32,000 bases of DNA, from the NCBI RefSeq assembly GCF_043950625.1, contig NZ_CP171007.1. One strand, 5' to 3'. The notes under the pieces are model-generated. The model was not told where the DNA came from, searched no databases, and saw only the letters and a program-made list of their open reading frames with translations. Below are positions 27,511 to 32,000 of this stretch, piece after piece. Positions within the stretch are counted from its first letter, which is position 1. Each line of letters starts with the position of its first letter. Source of the DNA: Alkanindiges sp. WGS2144 (GTDB lineage Bacteria; Pseudomonadota; Gammaproteobacteria; Pseudomonadales; Moraxellaceae). A program made the translations under genes and the position numbers.

Positions 27511-29682
27511 TCAATAGCGAACGCTCAAAGACACACCAGCACTCCAGTTGCGGCCATCGGCAGGCTCAAAATAGCGCTGGTTGCCTTCATTAACAATCAC
27601 CGAGCCTGAATAATTTTTATCAAACAAGTTATCAACACGACCAAAACCCCGGATAGTAAAACGTGGTAACTGCCAGACATAACCCAAAAAAGCACTACTG
27701 ATACTGTAGGCAGGTGCCGCATCGCTATTGAGATCATTCACATAAATTTTATCGACATAACGCACATTCGCCCCGACCTGCCAGCCCTGCTCTGGTGCCC
27801 ATTCCACTCCAGCATAGGCTGACTGTTTTGCCACACCCGGTAACTTGTTCCCACGGATCAGCGACGCTGTGGTATCACGATAACTGGCATTTAAATAAGT
27901 ATAGGACAGCGCTGCTTTTAAGTTATCGGCAAGCCGTCCATTCCATGTGGCTTCAACACCCTGGCGCCGGGTACGCCCCGCATTTTGATAGCTTGAGCGT
28001 CCATTGTGATTACTGGCCGTCACAATCTCATCATCTGTATTAGTCTGAAATAAGGCAGTAGTAAGCAGGCCATCTTTAATCTGAGTCTTGGTACCTATCT
28101 CATAGGTATCATTGACGGATGGTTTTAAATCAAAATTAAGACCGCTCTGATTATCCGAACGATAGGAAATTTCATTAAACGTGGGTGTCTCAAAACCACG
28201 GCCATAAGAACCATATACACTGGTTTGCGGCATGAGTTGCCAGCTTAACGCCAATGATGGCAACAGCTTGTTGTATCTGGCATCGCCACTGCCGTCACCG
28301 TTACCAGTCGTCACGTAATGATCATTGGATTCAAAATGCACTGTGCTATAGCGCAACCCAGCGTCTACTGTCCAGTCTGGTAAGAACTGCCAGAATGCCT
28401 GCAAGTAGGGATCAATATTCCATATATTATTGGTTTCATTGCGGCGCAGATCACCTTTCACACCCAATAATTGTGCCTCACCTAGGCCCCTAAAATTTTC
28501 AAAGCCTTTCCGCTGTTCCTGCATGGTGTCATACGCCAGTCCGGCAATGAAGGTCGTATTTTGATTGCTAAACAGATCTTTGCCTGTCCAGCGTAAATCA
28601 GCTCCATAATAATCACGGCCCAAATCAATGACTCCTCCGGCATGTCCCGGACTCTGGGTTTGCACAAAAACCGGAATAGATTGATACTGGATCGTGTCGC
28701 GTTGTCCGTAATAGACCATGGCATGGACGCTTTGCTGCTCATTTAAATTTCGTTCATAGACTAGTCCGCCCTGGGTTTGCTCTACGGTCTTACGGGTATT
28801 AAATTCAATCGCTTTGGGGTCAACTCCTTTTGGGTTTTGCTGCCAGAGTTGCCGGCTTAAGCCCAACGGGTCTTGCGCATCAAGGTCAACCCGGTTAATG
28901 ATCAGTTTTAAGGTACTGTCATTGTCAAAGCGCCACGCCAGTTTGGCATTGGTCAGGTTCTTGCTGGTTTTGCTGTGGTCACGATAACCATTGGTATCAA
29001 AACGGGTTTGGCTGAACACATAGGCGGGTGTGGCCTGATCTGTACTACCTCCCTGTGCGTTTAAGGCATAACGGTAAGTCTCATTGCTTGCGGTAGCTAT
29101 TTGTGCGGTAACAGAAGGTGGGTTTTGTCCTTCCTCAGTGTAGACCTGAATCGTACCGCCCGAAGAGTTGCCATACAGTGAAGATAAAGGCCCGGTGAGT
29201 ACCTCAATGCGATCAGCCGAGGTCAAATCAATATTGGAGGTCTGACCCTGCCCATCCGGCATCGTGGCTGGAATATCATCGACATACAGCCGGATACCGC
29301 GCACTCCAAAGGTTGACCGCGCACCGAAACCACGCATGGACAGTTGCAAATCCTGGGCATAGTTCTGCCGGTTTTGCACCTGGATACCCGGTACCGATCC
29401 CAGCGCTTCAGATAAATTGACCTGTAGCTGATTATCCTGAATGGCCGCCTGATCGACGCGATATACGGAGGCCGGCGTTTGCTGCTGCGTGCTATTGGTT
29501 CGGGTAGCCTCAATAATAATCACTGGCAATTGAGTAGTCATGGCGGGCGTAGTCTGATTTGTTTCAGCCGCATGGACGACCAGCGGCAGATTACAAAACA
29601 GCAAGAATGTTATTGATGAGCTTAACTGACGCTGATATTGACTCCTGTCTTTAGTCACAGTTTGCATATACTTCTCACTCAT
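27511..29682 (-). CDS. TonB-dependent outer-membrane receptor
   Basis: 723 aa. Signal peptide (...LPLVVHA|AE), plug-domain motifs (IEVLTGPLSSLYGNSSGGTI) and a beta-barrel C-terminus ending in an aromatic residue (...SLSVRY). Substrate not assignable, and no Fur box is seen upstream. Confidence 0.85.
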   Translation of the reverse strand: MSEKYMQTVTKDRSQYQRQLSSSITFLLFCNLPLVVHAAETNQTTPAMTTQLPVIIIEATRTNSTQQQTPASVYRVDQAAIQDNQLQVNLSEALGSVPGIQVQNRQNYAQDLQLSMRGFGARSTFGVRGIRLYVDDIPATMPDGQGQTSNIDLTSADRIEVLTGPLSSLYGNSSGGTIQVYTEEGQNPPSVTAQIATASNETYRYALNAQGGSTDQATPAYVFSQTRFDTNGYRDHSKTSKNLTNAKLAWRFDNDSTLKLIINRVDLDAQDPLGLSRQLWQQNPKGVDPKAIEFNTRKTVEQTQGGLVYERNLNEQQSVHAMVYYGQRDTIQYQSIPVFVQTQSPGHAGGVIDLGRDYYGADLRWTGKDLFSNQNTTFIAGLAYDTMQEQRKGFENFRGLGEAQLLGVKGDLRRNETNNIWNIDPYLQAFWQFLPDWTVDAGLRYSTVHFESNDHYVTTGNGDGSGDARYNKLLPSLALSWQLMPQTSVYGSYGRGFETPTFNEISYRSDNQSGLNFDLKPSVNDTYEIGTKTQIKDGLLTTALFQTNTDDEIVTASNHNGRSSYQNAGRTRRQGVEATWNGRLADNLKAALSYTYLNASYRDTTASLIRGNKLPGVAKQSAYAGVEWAPEQGWQVGANVRYVDKIYVNDLNSDAAPAYSISSAFLGYVWQLPRFTIRGFGRVDNLFDKNYSGSVIVNEGNQRYFEPADGRNWSAGVSLSVRY

Positions 29683-29768
29683 TGCCTATATTTTGAAACT
29701 TTTTTTTGCAGTTTAGATTGGCTTAGCTCCTAAAGTTAGTCTTATCTCGTGGCTTTAAGGTTAACGAT

Positions 29769-31085
29769 ATGTATACCAAGGATGCTAATTCCAAGCTTAA
29801 TCCGGTTTTTTTAAGCCTCATGCTTAGTCTGTTTTGCTTGCCTGCCCATGCACAACGGCCATTATCAGGTAGTAGTCTATGGTTGCTGGGCGATTGGAAT
29901 GGTAAGCGCACTGAGCTGGCCCAGCAGGGTTACGAGTTTGACCTGGGTTATACCGGTGAGCTGGCCACCAAGCTGGATGGTGGCTATAACCGTTCACACG
30001 GAACCCGGTATGCCGACCAGTTTGCACTAGGTGCATCTCTGGACTTACAAAAAATTCTGGGCTGGCAGGATACTCAGGCAAAAATCACCATTACCAAACG
30101 CAATGGACAGTCTTTATCCAACAAAAATTATGGATATATTGGTGATCCCCGCACGGGTCATTTAAGCGCTACGCAGGAAGTTTGGGGCCGTGGCCAAACC
30201 TGGCGACTCACTGATTTCTGGATACAAAAACAGTTTCTGGATAAAAAGCTGGATATTAAACTGGGGCGTTTTGGCGAAGGCGAAGACTTTAACAGCTTTG
30301 ATTGTGATTTTCAGAATTTAAGCCTGTGCGGTTCACAAGTGGGTAACTGGGTTGGCGATATTTGGTATAATTGGCCGGTTAGTCAATGGGCAGGACGGAT
30401 CAGGTATAATTTTCAGCCAGACTGGTATGCTCAGCTTGGCATATTTGAATATAACCCTGAAAACCTTGACCGAAGTAAAGGTTTTAACTTAAGTACTGAT
30501 GGCTCACACGGTGCCATTATTCCTGTTGAATTTATCTGGCAACCCAAATTAAGTGTCCGGCAACTTCCCGGTGAATATCGTGCAGGCTATTATCACAGCA
30601 CTGCGGATTCCAGCCAGATTAATCATCCTGCCCAGACAGCACATAAACACGGTGGCTGGCTGGTAGTTAAACAGCAATTAACCAGCCAGGCAGATGACAA
30701 CAGCCGGGGTTTGTCAGGCTTTGCCAACATTACTGTACATGACAAAAAAACTAATACCGTTGATCACTTCCAGAACGTGGGACTGGTTTATCGCGGCTGG
30801 TTAGATGCAAGACCCAAAGATGAAATTGCCCTGGGGCTGGCACGCATCCATGTCAATGATGATGTAAGTCGCCTGCAAAAGGATAATGATCTATTGTTGA
30901 ATATTAATGACGCGGCCTATCAACCCATTCAGGGCACCGAATATAACGCTGAAATTTATTATGGTATTCATGCTGCTGACTGGCTGACCATACGACCAAA
31001 TATTCAGTATATTAAACACGCAGGTGGCGTTGGTTATATTGATGAGACCTGGGTGGGTGGGGTTAAATTCCAGCTTGCATTTTAA
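29769..31085 (+). CDS. oprB: OprB-family carbohydrate-selective porin
   Basis: 438 aa. Signal peptide (...CLPAHA|Q), an N-terminal LLGDWNG.R motif typical of OprB porins as I recall, and C-terminal ...GGVKFQLAF. It sits next to gcd. Confidence 0.8.
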   Translation: MYTKDANSKLNPVFLSLMLSLFCLPAHAQRPLSGSSLWLLGDWNGKRTELAQQGYEFDLGYTGELATKLDGGYNRSHGTRYADQFALGASLDLQKILGWQDTQAKITITKRNGQSLSNKNYGYIGDPRTGHLSATQEVWGRGQTWRLTDFWIQKQFLDKKLDIKLGRFGEGEDFNSFDCDFQNLSLCGSQVGNWVGDIWYNWPVSQWAGRIRYNFQPDWYAQLGIFEYNPENLDRSKGFNLSTDGSHGAIIPVEFIWQPKLSVRQLPGEYRAGYYHSTADSSQINHPAQTAHKHGGWLVVKQQLTSQADDNSRGLSGFANITVHDKKTNTVDHFQNVGLVYRGWLDARPKDEIALGLARIHVNDDVSRLQKDNDLLLNINDAAYQPIQGTEYNAEIYYGIHAADWLTIRPNIQYIKHAGGVGYIDETWVGGVKFQLAF

Positions 31086-31439
31086 TTTACCAGATGTTTT
31101 TACAGGCATGTGCAAGCGCCACAAGCCTGATGGCTTGAATCAATAAACTGAATTAACGGTAAAACAAATTTAGGTTAACCCTACAACTTAATAAGATAAT
31201 TTACCCTTTGTTGTATGGTTTATTTAGCAGCTCTGAATGAGTTGGGTAAATTTTAAATCTAACTTAAGAAAGTAAAAATTAGCCCTAAGGTTACAGTTAT
31301 TACGTTTAAGCCTATTTTAGCTACATTTTTTATTAAAAAAATCGCACATAAATCAATCAAAATACTGAATGGTTTAAATAAATAATCAGCAATAATAAAA
31401 ACTCACAATAAAAATATTTATTTAAGCAGTGAGGTAACC

Positions 31440-32000
31440 ATGGCTTCTAATTCTACTTCTCATCATCAGGCTCACTCTGCTTTATGGCCGCGTATTGTCG
31501 GCGTCGTATTATTGCTAAGTGGTATTGCTCTGATAGCTGGTGGTGCCAAGCTACTCAGTCTGGGTGGTTCGTGGTACTACCTGCCAGCCGGTATAGTCCT
31601 GGCCATTTCAGGCTTGCTGCTCCTGTGGCGCAAGGCAACCGCCCTGGGTTTATATGGAATTTTTCTGATTGTAAGTACGATCTGGGCCTGGACAGAAATC
31701 GGCCTGGACTGGTGGCAACTGGTACCGCGTCTGGCATTGTGGTTTGGACTTGGCCTACTGCTGATTCTGCCCTGGTTTCGTAAGCCGTTACTTACAACAC
31801 ATACCGCACCGGTGCATACTATTTTATTATCCATTGGTCTGATTCTGGCAGGTGGCTCTGCACTGATTAGCCAGTTTGTGGATCAGGATAAATACTCACT
31901 AAAAGGCAGCCTTGATCGCGACAACACAGGCGTGACAAGTACCGCTCCTGTCCAGCCGGATGGTGACTGGCAGTCTTATGGTCGCACACCGTTTGGCGAC
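31440..32000 (+). CDS. gcd: Membrane-bound PQQ-dependent glucose dehydrogenase, 3'-partial (runs off the window)
   Basis: Not in the ORF track because no stop falls inside the window. My own translation from the ATG at 31440 (GAGG SD) gives 187 codons with no stop: MASNSTSHHQAHSALWPRIVGVVLLLSGIALIAGGAKLLSLGGSWYYLPAGIVLAISGLLLLWRK...DWQSYGRTPFGD. It matches the 5-TM N-terminus of recalled E. coli/Acinetobacter Gcd (GGSWYY, DWPAYGR). Confidence 0.85.
   Translation, partial: MASNSTSHHQAHSALWPRIVGVVLLLSGIALIAGGAKLLSLGGSWYYLPAGIVLAISGLLLLWRKATALGLYGIFLIVSTIWAWTEIGLDWWQLVPRLALWFGLGLLLILPWFRKPLLTTHTAPVHTILLSIGLILAGGSALISQFVDQDKYSLKGSLDRDNTGVTSTAPVQPDGDWQSYGRTPFGD

Noticed and set aside
29683-29768. 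Fur box or other metal-regulator site upstream of the TonB-dependent receptor
   Set aside because: There is no match to the GATAATGATAATCATTATC-type consensus on either strand. Regulation and substrate are left unassigned.

Overview
Chromosomal segment of a gammaproteobacterium. Gene order (dut-algC-argB, tig-clpP-clpX, oprB-gcd) and Cas protein similarity suggest Pseudomonadales/Moraxellales, possibly Acinetobacter-like, but the genus cannot be proven from this window. The left third (1 to ~11.1 kb) is a complete type I-F CRISPR-Cas locus in a non-canonical layout. It runs: a 5'-truncated cas2/3 (+), a convergent higBA-like toxin-antitoxin pair (-), a 36-repeat/35-spacer array (-), then cas8f>cas5f>cas7f>cas6f>cas1 (-) reading into the array leader. 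The most interesting signal lies in the ~300 bp between tRNA-Met and cas8f. It is a solitary repeat-like unit with compensatory stem mutations and an intact crRNA handle, followed by a spacer-like segment ending in a terminator hairpin. The first 10 nt of that segment (19 of the first 22) match a CC-flanked site 9 nt downstream of the terminator, in the cas8f promoter region. This looks like a CreR/CreA-type mini-CRISPR that would guide Cascade to repress its own operon. The remaining ~21 kb is housekeeping: tRNA-Met, RNase P RNA, yfhL-type ferredoxin, coaD, smpB, rep, dut, a long membrane-anchored algC, argB, a class II amidotransferase, clpX, clpP, tig, and an enoyl-CoA hydratase. It ends with an OmpR-type two-component system, a TonB-dependent receptor, an OprB porin, and the 5' part of membrane glucose dehydrogenase (gcd). 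Two real genes run off the window edges (cas2/3 on the left, gcd on the right) and are misrepresented or missing in the ORF track. All similarity statements come from reading the sequence and recalling the families; no database search was run.
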